NCBI GenBank assembly: GCA_964625535.1
Contig: CAZVEX010000002.1
Coordinates: forward strand, 21,559 to 85,558
DNA length: 64,000 bases
Direction: 5' to 3'
Origin: an uncultured Gammaproteobacteria bacterium
GTDB lineage: Bacteria; Patescibacteriota; Microgenomatia; Daviesbacterales; UBA10151
Below are positions 26,457 to 35,424 of this stretch, piece by piece. Each line of letters begins with the position of its first letter. Position 1 is the first letter of the stretch. Made by a program: the position numbers and the translations under genes. The notes under the pieces were generated by a model that had not been told where the DNA came from, ran no database searches, and saw only the letters and a list, made by a program, of their open reading frames with translations.

Positions 26457-27654
26457 AAATCCTAAAAAAATTTTGATGCTAATTTTAGTACTAACGGCCT
26501 TTCTCCGTTTATACCGATTAGATTATCCCAATCAATATATCTTTGATGAAGTTTATCATGCCTTTACGGCCCAGGAATATCTAAAAGGCAACAAGGATGC
26601 TTGGGAGTGGCGGACTACCCCACCCCCGGGTGTAGCTTTCGAATGGACTCACCCGCCTCTGGCTAAAGAAATCATGACTGCTTCTATGTTTTTGCTCCGC
26701 AGTACAGACGCCTGGGTCTGGAGATTGCCGGGGGCACTTTTAGGAGTATTGTCCGTTTTTCTAGTATATAAACTGGGCCTGAAACTTTTTCAGAACAATA
26801 TTTCGGCAACGCTGGCAGCTTTTTTGTTTTCCATTGACGGCTTAAATTTTGTTCAATCTCGAATCGGAATGAATGATATATATTTCGTCACCTTTTTCCT
26901 TATAAGTTTATTATTTTTGTTAAATAAGAAAATTTTTTTTTCCGCCATTTTTTGCGGTCTGGCCATATCCAGTAAGTGGGCGGCAATTTATGGCTATATT
27001 TTTTTATTTGTCCCCTATCTGCTACTGAAAAAACAGTATTTAAATCTGATATTATTAACCGGCATTCTACCTATCATTTATCTTGCAACTTACCTACCCT
27101 TCTTTTTGCTTGGCCACCGCTTCGATCAATTTGTGCAACTGCAACAACAAATGTGGTGGTATCATACCGGCCTTAAAGCTACTCATGACTACTCATCCCC
27201 CTGGTGGAGCTGGTCTTTAAACTTTTATCCTGTCTGGTATTTTGTGGATTATAAAGATAAATTTATTGCCAATATTTTTGCCTCTGGTAACCCTCCTCTT
27301 TTTTGGTTTGGTGCTCTAGCCATACTGGCAACCGGCTGGGAAGCCATCAAACAAAAGTCTTTAAACTTGTTTTTAATTTTAATGGGTTTTTTGGTGTTTT
27401 GGCTGCCTTGGGCCGTCTCTCCCCGGATCATGTTTTTATATCACTATGCTCCATCAGTTCCGTTTTTAACTTTGGCTTTGGGTTATCAACTGGGATCAAG
27501 ATTCCAAGGTAAAATGAGAAGTAAAATTTTGCTTCTTTTGAGTATCATGGTTTTGGGCTTTATTTTGATTTATCCATTTTTGACAGGAATACATATTCCC
27601 AATTTTTTTGTCCGATTTTTTTTCTTTACCAACTTGACTAAAAACCCCTTTTAA
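26383..27654 (+). CDS. PMT_2-family glycosyltransferase (dolichyl/undecaprenyl-phosphate-sugar : protein/glycan transferase-like)
   Basis: YIFDEVYHAFTAQEY and WTHPPLAK motifs typical of the GT39/GT83 PMT_2 family, followed by a multi-TM body. Confidence 0.55.
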   Translation: MYHFLDLYYYTYIILAMLKRILSLKNPKKILMLILVLTAFLRLYRLDYPNQYIFDEVYHAFTAQEYLKGNKDAWEWRTTPPPGVAFEWTHPPLAKEIMTASMFLLRSTDAWVWRLPGALLGVLSVFLVYKLGLKLFQNNISATLAAFLFSIDGLNFVQSRIGMNDIYFVTFFLISLLFLLNKKIFFSAIFCGLAISSKWAAIYGYIFLFVPYLLLKKQYLNLILLTGILPIIYLATYLPFFLLGHRFDQFVQLQQQMWWYHTGLKATHDYSSPWWSWSLNFYPVWYFVDYKDKFIANIFASGNPPLFWFGALAILATGWEAIKQKSLNLFLILMGFLVFWLPWAVSPRIMFLYHYAPSVPFLTLALGYQLGSRFQGKMRSKILLLLSIMVLGFILIYPFLTGIHIPNFFVRFFFFTNLTKNPF

Positions 27655-28445
27655 CTGGAAGCGGAGGAGTACTGTCTTAAACTTAAGTTCCACACCCTTA
27701 AAGATAAATAAAGTAGAACGAGAGCAAAAATTACGGAATAAGCGATTAGCGCAGGAGACAACAAACCCAATAAAGATTTGGCCGGAAAACTCATCATGAT
27801 TCCTACTGGTATGATAAATGTCAGAAAACCTCTTAAGGGTTCACTGTAAATATCAATGGGGAAGCGCCCCATCCCCACAATATCGCGATACATCATAATG
27901 GCATGATCTATCTCTGTGGTGACAACGGCCAAGCTTAAAACTAAAATATGAAAAGAAAGAGCAATCAGAAGTGAAGCGCCAATAAGCAGGATGTACAATA
28001 AAACGCTGGAAACGGTACCAATATTTAATCTGATCATTAAAAATATAATGGCTCCCAGAAGGGGCAGTAAAGTTAAAAAATCAATCAGGTCCGGACCACC
28101 AAAAAGAGCTCTAAACAAAGCATTAATTGGCTTGACCAGATAGAAGTCAAAAGTCCCCATCACTACTGTCTGTCTAAAGCGATAAACCTCTCTAAAGGTC
28201 AGTTGGGATAAAATATCCACCAGGTTAAAACTTAAAAAAAAGAAGATTGTTTGATCTAAATTATATCCTGCTAAAATTTTTGTTTGTTTTACCAAAATAA
28301 CCATAAAAGCGCCGAAGACAAAAAATCTAAGCAGTTTCCCGATCAGAAAAATGGCCATGGCAAAGCGGGCCTGGGTTTGAGTTTGAAAACCGTTAATGGC
28401 AAATCTAAGCCATACATAAAAATATTTTTTTATATTAATAACCAT
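27651..28445 (-). CDS. ABC-2 type transporter permease
   Basis: Six-TM ABC-2 permease pattern, in an operon with the ATPase at 29509-30435. Confidence 0.5.
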   Translation of the reverse strand: MVINIKKYFYVWLRFAINGFQTQTQARFAMAIFLIGKLLRFFVFGAFMVILVKQTKILAGYNLDQTIFFFLSFNLVDILSQLTFREVYRFRQTVVMGTFDFYLVKPINALFRALFGGPDLIDFLTLLPLLGAIIFLMIRLNIGTVSSVLLYILLIGASLLIALSFHILVLSLAVVTTEIDHAIMMYRDIVGMGRFPIDIYSEPLRGFLTFIIPVGIMMSFPAKSLLGLLSPALIAYSVIFALVLLYLSLRVWNLSLRQYSSASS

Positions 28446-29232
28446 AAGCGCTGTATCTTCTTAAACCTGATTTTAAAACTGCCAACATCAGAAGCCAAGA
28501 CGCCACTACCCAAAAAGATAAAACAGTAAATCCTGCAACTATACTATTCAGCGGTAGAGTACCAAGATAGATTTTGGCGGGAAAATAAATAAAGTAGGGA
28601 AAAGGTGTCAGCATTAAAATATTACTGACTGTTTTGGGCAGTATATCGATGGGAAAAAGTCCCCCTCCAAATCCTTCCAAAAGTATCATCACTAAAAAAA
28701 GCGGTCCCCAGGCATTTTCCACCCAAAAGGCCAACATGCCTATGATAAAAGCAAAAGCAAAATAGAGTATTAACCCTAAGACCGTGGCGAGAAAAAACAA
28801 AGTTAAAATTCCAGGATCCTGTTGAAATTGGAGAGGCGGTTGCAAAAGTACCAAAAGCAGGGTTATTTCAAAAATAACAAAGGCAATATTGAGGAGTTTA
28901 TCGGCCAAGTCCCGGGCAAAATAATATTTAATAAAGCCCAAGGGTTTGACCAAGAAATTAACTATGCTGCCTTCATTAATCTGCCCTGCCACATCAATGA
29001 CTCTGGAGGATAAAATGATGGCCCTGATAAGAGCGGACACTATGATATAAGTTAAAATTTGGGCTTGACTGTAATTAAACACGCTAATGTTGGATTGAAA
29101 AACCGTCCACCAGATAAAGTAAACCAGCAGGAGCTGCAAAGCTGATCTCACTCTCCAAAGAAGAAAATTTAATCTATAAACCAAGCCTTGTTCCCAAGAA
29201 ATTTTAAAAACTGCCAGGTATTTGTTGATCAT
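28435..29232 (-). CDS. ABC-2 type transporter permease
   Basis: Six-TM ABC-2 permease pattern, paralogous to its neighbour. Confidence 0.5.
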   Translation of the reverse strand: MINKYLAVFKISWEQGLVYRLNFLLWRVRSALQLLLVYFIWWTVFQSNISVFNYSQAQILTYIIVSALIRAIILSSRVIDVAGQINEGSIVNFLVKPLGFIKYYFARDLADKLLNIAFVIFEITLLLVLLQPPLQFQQDPGILTLFFLATVLGLILYFAFAFIIGMLAFWVENAWGPLFLVMILLEGFGGGLFPIDILPKTVSNILMLTPFPYFIYFPAKIYLGTLPLNSIVAGFTVLSFWVVASWLLMLAVLKSGLRRYSAYGY

Positions 29233-29492
29233 GTAGCTTTACCAAAAATCCAGGGAGTCTGGGTCCTGATAACTTTTTTAGGAGGACGCTGCTCCATCAT
29301 TTTGGCAACACGAATCACCGTATCCGTACCTACATTAACTTTTTCCGCCACTTTTCTGACTGTCAACCCTTCCTGTAAAAGATTCCTGATCCGATATCGA
29401 TTTTTCAACATTCTCATCTCCGAAGATGTGAGCAACGATCTTAAAATATCATCCGGTATATTAATATTGGTATTTATTTTAGGTTTGCTCAT
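29229..29492 (-). CDS. TrpR-like DNA-binding protein (YerC/YecD family)
   Basis: MSKPKINTNINIPDDILRSLLTSSEMRMLKNRYRIRNLLQEGLTVRKVAE...GTDTVIRV matches the YerC/YecD signature. The ATG at 29492 is preferred over the TTG at 29549. Confidence 0.55.
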   Translation of the reverse strand: MSKPKINTNINIPDDILRSLLTSSEMRMLKNRYRIRNLLQEGLTVRKVAEKVNVGTDTVIRVAKMMEQRPPKKVIRTQTPWIFGKAT

Positions 29493-29508
29493 ATGTATCC
29501 ATACATAA

Positions 29509-30435
29509 TCATACACCCTTTTGAAAAATCTGTCGAATAATATCTTCAATTGGCGGATCTTCTATGGTCAAATCCGCTACTTTAAACTTTGACAGAAGTT
29601 CCCTGGTTTTCTCTGCCACCTCATTTTTACCGACCTGAATTTCCATGTAATTTCCCGAATATTCTTTTACCTTAATCACTTTGAAGGGGGCAAATTTATT
29701 AACTATTTCTTCCAAAAGACCATCATATAAAATCTTCCCCTGATCAATAACAATCACTCTTTTGCAAAGTTCTTTTACATCAGCCATGTAATGAGAAGTC
29801 AAAATTATCGTGGCTTTACCCTGTTCATTATATTCTTTGATAAAATCCCGCATGGTTTTTTGAGCCACAATGTCCAAACCGATGGTCGGCTCATCCAAAA
29901 ATAACACTTTGGGGCTGTGTAGTAAGGAAGCTACCAACTCGCATTTCATCCGCTGACCCAAAGACAACTTCCGGACTTGAACTTTTAAGAGATCTTCAAT
30001 TTCCAGCATTTTGGTTAGTTTAGCCACGCTTTCCTCAAATTGTTTTTGAGGGATTTCATAAATTTCTTTATTGAGAATAAAACTTTCCCAGGCAGGCAAA
30101 TCCCACCACAGTTGGTTTTTTTGCCCCATCACTAAACTAAACTTTTTTTGAAACTCACTTTGTCTTTTAAACGGCTCAAATCCTAACACCTGTACTTGCC
30201 CTGATGTGGGGAATAACAGTCCTGATAAAACCTTGAGGGTGGTAGTTTTACCGGCTCCATTTGGGCCGATAAAACCCACTAATTCACCTTCTTGAATTCC
30301 AAAAGAAACCCCATTAACCGCCTTAACGTCATAGTGCTGGCGGACAAAAAGAGATTTGATAGATCCCCAAAGTCCGGGTTCTTTCTGATAAACACGGTAA
30401 TATTTTTTTAAATTTTTAACAGAAATAATATTCAC
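29509..30435 (-). CDS. ABC transporter ATP-binding protein
   Basis: Walker A GPNGAGKTT, signature LSLGQRMK and Walker B LFLDEPT. Confidence 0.85.
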   Translation of the reverse strand: MNIISVKNLKKYYRVYQKEPGLWGSIKSLFVRQHYDVKAVNGVSFGIQEGELVGFIGPNGAGKTTTLKVLSGLLFPTSGQVQVLGFEPFKRQSEFQKKFSLVMGQKNQLWWDLPAWESFILNKEIYEIPQKQFEESVAKLTKMLEIEDLLKVQVRKLSLGQRMKCELVASLLHSPKVLFLDEPTIGLDIVAQKTMRDFIKEYNEQGKATIILTSHYMADVKELCKRVIVIDQGKILYDGLLEEIVNKFAPFKVIKVKEYSGNYMEIQVGKNEVAEKTRELLSKFKVADLTIEDPPIEDIIRQIFQKGV

Positions 30436-30459
30436 TAAGGAGATAGTACGTTTTGCGCG

Positions 30460-30738
30460 TTATTTAATCAACCTCTTAATGGTTTTTCCGGCTGTAAAAC
30501 CGGGCAGTTTTTTGCCCGGGATTTGGATAGTTTCTCCTGTTTGGGGATTTCTGCCGCGTCTCGCTGTCCGGGATCTGATTAAAAATGTGCCAAAGCCAGT
30601 AATGACTGCTTTTTCACCCCGAACTAAAGAATCCCTGATTAAATTAAAAACGCTATTGACTGCATCACGGGAAGCTCTTTTGGTCAAACTGGCCTTTTTG
30701 GCCACTTTCTCTATCAGTTCGTTCTTAGTCATAACCAA
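30460..30738 (-). CDS. hup: DNA-binding protein HU
   Basis: 92 aa with the GFGTF...R..R.GRNP.TGE pattern. Confidence 0.85.
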   Translation of the reverse strand: MVMTKNELIEKVAKKASLTKRASRDAVNSVFNLIRDSLVRGEKAVITGFGTFLIRSRTARRGRNPQTGETIQIPGKKLPGFTAGKTIKRLIK

Positions 30739-30782
30739 TTTATATCAAATGTTTAGAGCTTTGTAAAGAGCTAATTTAGGCC

Positions 30783-32111
30783 TTACTGTGGAGTAGTCAT
30801 GGTTGATTCGGAGTAGCGTGTTTCTCTGATGGCAGTTATCTTGACCGCTCCCGGCACCATTACCTCTTTGGAGATCCTCTCGGCAATATCATGAACCAGT
30901 TTAGGCAAAGCATCATCTGACACTCTCTCTGGCATAACAATAACTCTTACTTCCCTTCCCGCCTGTAGGGCATATGCTTTCTCCACCCCTTCAAAAGAAA
31001 CCGCGATATTTTCGATATCATCCAGTCTTTTAATATAATCTTCCACATTTTCATGTCTTGCGCCGGGTCTTGCACCCGAAATGGCATCCGCTATATAAAC
31101 TAAAATTGATTCGACAGCAGAAAAAGGTTTATCTTCGTGATGTTCGGCTATGCAGTTGACCACTTTTTCCGGCATGTTAAATTTACGGGCCAACTGAACT
31201 CCTTTTTCCACATGCGTTCCTTCATCTCCTTCTGTAATGATTTTTCCCACATCATGGAGGAGACAACCCAAACGCACCACATTCATGTCCGCACCGATCA
31301 TTTTTGCTAAAGCCACCCCGATTTGAGTTTCTTCCAGGGTATGTTGAATTAAATTCTGTCCAAAAGAATAACGGTATTTAAATCTTCCTAAAAGACAAAC
31401 CAGATCTTTTGGCAAATTATAAACCCCCGCATCGTGACAAAGCTTCTCCCCCGCCTGACACATTATTTTTTCTAACTCTTGCCTGGTTTTGGCCACAATC
31501 TCCTCGATTCGCTGCGGTTGAATCCTGCCGTCGGCAATGAGTCGCTCCAGCGCCACTTTGGCAATTTCCCGGCGGATGGGGTCAAAAGAGGATAAAATCA
31601 AACTGTCGGGGATTTCATCATCCATGACCAGATCTACCCCTGTAGCCTGCTCAAAAGTCCTCACATTCCTTCCTTCTTTACCAATAATCCTACCTTTCAT
31701 CTCATCATCGGCAAGTTTAACCCGTGAGGTGGTAAATTCGGAAATATAATCCGTCACTCCATGAAGCATGGCATCTGCCAGAATCTCTTTGGCTTTTTCC
31801 TCCGATGTCAGTTTTATTTCTTCTTCCGCCTCTTTGATCTTTTTGGAAATTTCGCCGGCCAGATCTTTTTCCACCTGAACCAGGAAAATTTTCTTTGCTT
31901 CATCAACCGAAATTTTGGCAGATTTTTCCAATTTTTCCACCAAGTCTTTGCGCAATTCCTCTAGCTGCTCCAATTTTTGATCAATTAGTTTTTGTTTTTC
32001 GGCAATCTGCCTTTCACGCTCTTCCAGGATCCCCTCGCGTTTGGCAAATTCTGTTTCATTTATATTTGCTTGCCCCGAGCTTTGTCGAGGGGGGCCGAAT
32101 GTTCTTTGCAT
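30783..32111 (-). CDS. rny: ribonuclease Y
   Basis: Coiled-coil N-terminus, KH domain (GRIIGKEGRNVR) and HD domain (LLHDVGK). Confidence 0.8.
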   Translation of the reverse strand: MQRTFGPPRQSSGQANINETEFAKREGILEERERQIAEKQKLIDQKLEQLEELRKDLVEKLEKSAKISVDEAKKIFLVQVEKDLAGEISKKIKEAEEEIKLTSEEKAKEILADAMLHGVTDYISEFTTSRVKLADDEMKGRIIGKEGRNVRTFEQATGVDLVMDDEIPDSLILSSFDPIRREIAKVALERLIADGRIQPQRIEEIVAKTRQELEKIMCQAGEKLCHDAGVYNLPKDLVCLLGRFKYRYSFGQNLIQHTLEETQIGVALAKMIGADMNVVRLGCLLHDVGKIITEGDEGTHVEKGVQLARKFNMPEKVVNCIAEHHEDKPFSAVESILVYIADAISGARPGARHENVEDYIKRLDDIENIAVSFEGVEKAYALQAGREVRVIVMPERVSDDALPKLVHDIAERISKEVMVPGAVKITAIRETRYSESTMTTPQ

Positions 32112-32222
32112 GATTTTTGAAGACTATAAAATGCCGCAGCTTAAATACGGTTGGCGAGGATATTCGCTTTGAGAAAACTTTTTTTCATAAATATCCTTAT
32201 TCCCCAGTCTTCTTGAAATATT

Positions 32223-32681
32223 TTACCTGTTTTTTAAAAAATTATCAACTACTACTTTTGCCACTTCATACTCAAACCCTTTTCTCATTAAAAAATCCGT
32301 AGCTTTTTTCCTAAACTCCAAGGCTTCTAAATTTTTCCATACTTTTTCTTTTTTCTCCAGTGCTTTTTCCGCAATTTGCGTTTCACTAACAGCTAATAGC
32401 TGATAGCTGACGACTTGCTCTATTATTTCTTTATTGATGCCTTTCTGCCAAAGCTCCAACCTTAGCGCCTTGACTCCCTTTTGTTTTGACCTTCTTCGCG
32501 ACTCAACCCATTCTTTGGCAAACTTTTCGTCATTCATCAAGCCTTGCTCTTTTAACTTTTCTATGATTTCACCACTATTTTCACTTTTCCCTTTTAAATA
32601 ATCCCTGATTTCTTTTTCCGAACGGTCGCGAAAAGATAACAATCTATAAACTTTCTGCAACAGTTTTTCAGTAGGGGACAT
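32223..32681 (-). CDS. recX: regulatory protein RecX
   Basis: 152-aa helical-repeat protein immediately downstream of recA. Confidence 0.7.
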   Translation of the reverse strand: MSPTEKLLQKVYRLLSFRDRSEKEIRDYLKGKSENSGEIIEKLKEQGLMNDEKFAKEWVESRRRSKQKGVKALRLELWQKGINKEIIEQVVSYQLLAVSETQIAEKALEKKEKVWKNLEALEFRKKATDFLMRKGFEYEVAKVVVDNFLKNR

Positions 32682-33743
32682 TTAAGTCACTTCTTCAACT
32701 TGAGATTCTTCTTCTCCCACCACCATGTGTTCCTTGCCTTCTTTTTCTTTTCCCCAAGCATCTCTTACTTCTTTTTCCAAATTTTGCGCTTCTTTGGGAT
32801 TTTCCTTTAAATATAAAATAGCTGCCTGCCTGCCCTGGCCTAAAATTACCTCTTCTTTTTTGATAAAAGCTCCGCTCTTTTGCAAAATCCCCAATTCTAT
32901 CCCTACATCCAGCAGCTCTCCTGCTTTGGAAATGCCCCGATCATCCATATCAAATTCGGCAATGCGGAATGGGGGAGCCACTTTATTTTTCACCACCTTC
33001 ACCCGATGCCTTGAACCCACTACCAAATCTCCTTCTTTGAGATTTTCAATTTTGCGGATATCCAGACGGATGGAGGCATAAAATTTTAAAGCCATACCCC
33101 CAGTAGTAGTTTCGGGATTACCAAACATCACTCCGATTTTTTGGCGCAGCTGATTGGTAAAAATCACCACGGTTTTGGTATTGGCAATGGCAGCTGTTAG
33201 CTTTCTAAGCGCTTGCGACATGAGCCGGGCCTGCATACCCATGACAGAATCTCCCATCTCTCCTTCAATTTCTGCCCGGGGAACTAAAGCTGCCACCGAA
33301 TCTATCACCACCACGTCAATGCCACCGGAGCGGATTAAAGCTTCGGCAATTTCCAGGGCTTGTTCCCCTGTATCCGGCTGGGAAATTAACAGATCATCCA
33401 GATTAACCCCGATTTTTTGGGCTCTTTGAGGGTCCAGAGCATGCTCGGCATCAATAAAAGCTGCTACCCCACCTCTTTTTTGGGCCTCGGCAATAACATG
33501 CAGTGTCACAGTAGTTTTACCAGAAGCTTCCGGACCATAAATTTCTATCACCCGTCCCTTTGGCAAACCGCCAATCCCCAGAGCTAAATCCAAAGCAATG
33601 GAGCCGGTAGGAATAACATCTGCTGTTAGCTTTTCCACCCTCTCACCTAAACGCATGATGGAACCTGTGCCGTATTGTTTTTGAATGCCCGCAATAGCGG
33701 CCGCAATAGCAGCTTTCTTAGCTTCGTCATTATTGGTGGCCAT
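32682..33743 (-). CDS. recA: recombinase RecA
   Basis: GPEASGKTT Walker A; L1/L2 loops are present. Confidence 0.95.
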   Translation of the reverse strand: MATNNDEAKKAAIAAAIAGIQKQYGTGSIMRLGERVEKLTADVIPTGSIALDLALGIGGLPKGRVIEIYGPEASGKTTVTLHVIAEAQKRGGVAAFIDAEHALDPQRAQKIGVNLDDLLISQPDTGEQALEIAEALIRSGGIDVVVIDSVAALVPRAEIEGEMGDSVMGMQARLMSQALRKLTAAIANTKTVVIFTNQLRQKIGVMFGNPETTTGGMALKFYASIRLDIRKIENLKEGDLVVGSRHRVKVVKNKVAPPFRIAEFDMDDRGISKAGELLDVGIELGILQKSGAFIKKEEVILGQGRQAAILYLKENPKEAQNLEKEVRDAWGKEKEGKEHMVVGEEESQVEEVT

Positions 33744-33833
33744 ATTTTGATTAAACCAGACTTGTTTTTATTTTGCAATACTCCAAATTACTCTCATGTA
33801 TTGATGTATGGATACATAAATACGTAGGTTCGG

Positions 33834-33905
33834 TCGGGGATGAGAGAATTGAACTCTCTGCTTCTCGGACCCCATCCGAGCGGTCTACCGATGACCTAAT
33901 CCCCG
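33834..33905 (-). tRNA. tRNA-Pro(GGG)
   Basis: Hand fold: acceptor CGGGGAT/ATCCCCG, D-stem GGTC/GACC, anticodon stem CTCGG/CCGAG with loop ATGGGGT, T-stem GAGAG/CTCTC with loop TTCAATT, discriminator A. Confidence 0.75.
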
Positions 33906-33939
33906 TAGTGTGTTATATTTTACCATTAGAATACCTAGC

Positions 33940-34251
33940 ATGAAACATCTAAACATTAAGGTTTATGGTAAAGTTCAGGGGATATTTTTTAGGGCCAGTG
34001 CCAAGATAGAGGCTGATAAACTGCAAATTTCAGGGTTTGTCAGAAATGAACCAGATGGATCTTTGTACATTGAAGCAGAAGGAGAAAAAGAAAAATTAGA
34101 TGAATTTGTTAAATGGTGTCACCAGGGCCCATCTTTAGCTCAAGTAGAAAAAGTAACAGTAACTGAAAGTCAAGTGAAAAACTTTTCGCAATTTGAAATC
34201 TATCAAACCACTTTTTCCCAGGGGAATTCTTCCCGTCCAAAATGGCCATAA
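33940..34251 (+). CDS. acyP: acylphosphatase
   Basis: IKVYGKVQGIFFRASA ... GFVRNEPDGSLYIEAEG motifs. The ATG at 33940 is preferred. Its 3' end overlaps convergent metK. Confidence 0.65.
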   Translation: MKHLNIKVYGKVQGIFFRASAKIEADKLQISGFVRNEPDGSLYIEAEGEKEKLDEFVKWCHQGPSLAQVEKVTVTESQVKNFSQFEIYQTTFSQGNSSRPKWP

Positions 34252-35306
34252 GCGGCTGTAGGAAGATAAATTGGCCGCTGCAGGTCCAATCCTTGCAAAA
34301 TTCCCTCCACCGATGTATCCAAAATCTCCTTCATAAAATCTTTAATGACTTTCGCGCTTTTTCTTCCGGTGCCAAACGTTTCCACCTCCTGCATAGTGGG
34401 CTTTTTTGCTCCTATACAATAAGCCAGTCTGACCTCTACTTTATCCGCCAGTCTTTGCGCCACAATATTTTTGGCCAAAAATCGGGCTGCATATGCCCCG
34501 CCCCGATCCACTTTTGACGGCTCCTTGCCGGAAAAACACCCCCCGCCGACCCGGGCATATCCGCCGTAAGTATCAACCACAATTTTTCGACCTGTTAAAC
34601 CGCAGTCGGATGCCGGACCGCCGTTGTGCCAGACGCCTGTGCCGTTGACGATCAAATTGCGGCTTTTGATTTTAAAACCGAAGCTTTCCAAAACCGGCCT
34701 TACCACCTCCTTAAAAATATCTCTTTTAACTTGAGGAAGAGGAACCGATTCCTGATGGGGCGCGGCAATCACCACTTGTCTAACACCAATAGGTTTACCA
34801 TGGTGATACTCCACTGTCACTTGAGATTTTCCGTCCGGGCGAAGATAAGGTAAGATTCCCTGTTCCCGAACAAAATCAATTCTTCTCACCAAAGAGTGAG
34901 CGATCATGATGGGAAGAGGCATCAGCTCCGGGGTTTCCCTGCAGGCAAAACCAAACATCATCCCCTGATCACCCGCCCCTTTTTTTTTGACTCCGATGGC
35001 GATTTCCGGCGATTGCTGATGAACAAAAACTTCAATGGGTGATTGATAACTAAACCTAAACCGCGAGTCGGTGTACCCTAATCTTTTGATTTGCTGCCTG
35101 GCCACTTTTTCAAAGTTCACTTTGGCTTTGCTGCCAATTTCTCCGGCAATAATCAGCCGCTGCTCCCCTGCCAGACATTCAATGGCTGTCCGACCCTTGG
35201 GATCTTGAGCTAATACCTCATCCAAAATGGCATCGGAAATCTGATCGCAAATTTTATCAGGGTGTCCGCTACAAACAGATTCAGAAGTAAAAGTTGTTTT
35301 TGTCAT
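34203..35306 (-). CDS. metK: S-adenosylmethionine synthetase
   Basis: SESVCSGHPDKICDQISDAILD, GAGDQG and GGGAFSGKD-like motifs. Confidence 0.9.
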   Translation of the reverse strand: MTKTTFTSESVCSGHPDKICDQISDAILDEVLAQDPKGRTAIECLAGEQRLIIAGEIGSKAKVNFEKVARQQIKRLGYTDSRFRFSYQSPIEVFVHQQSPEIAIGVKKKGAGDQGMMFGFACRETPELMPLPIMIAHSLVRRIDFVREQGILPYLRPDGKSQVTVEYHHGKPIGVRQVVIAAPHQESVPLPQVKRDIFKEVVRPVLESFGFKIKSRNLIVNGTGVWHNGGPASDCGLTGRKIVVDTYGGYARVGGGCFSGKEPSKVDRGGAYAARFLAKNIVAQRLADKVEVRLAYCIGAKKPTMQEVETFGTGRKSAKVIKDFMKEILDTSVEGILQGLDLQRPIYLPTAAYGHFGREEFPWEKVV

Positions 35307-35313
35307 AATGACC

Positions 35314-35398
35314 GCATCTCACAACTACGAAAATTGTGGTTGGCACCGTCAAACTTTAACGGTTGTCGGTCCGACAGTACGTCGGACTCTCTTGATGC
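35314..35398 (-). promoter_or_regulatory. structured metK 5' leader: four-way junction (P1 GCAUC/GAUGC enclosing three hairpins), candidate SAM-responsive riboswitch
   Basis: On the minus-strand RNA: P2 GUCCGAC-GUACU-GUCGGAC, P3 ACCGU-UAAAGUUUG-ACGGU, P4 CACAA-UUUUCGUAG-UUGUG. The P1 3' strand ends 8 nt before the metK AUG. AUCAAGAGAG resembles the SAM-I P1/J1-2 sequence. Confidence 0.3.
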
Positions 35399-35424
35399 AA
35401 TCTTATTAAATCACAAATTATTTG

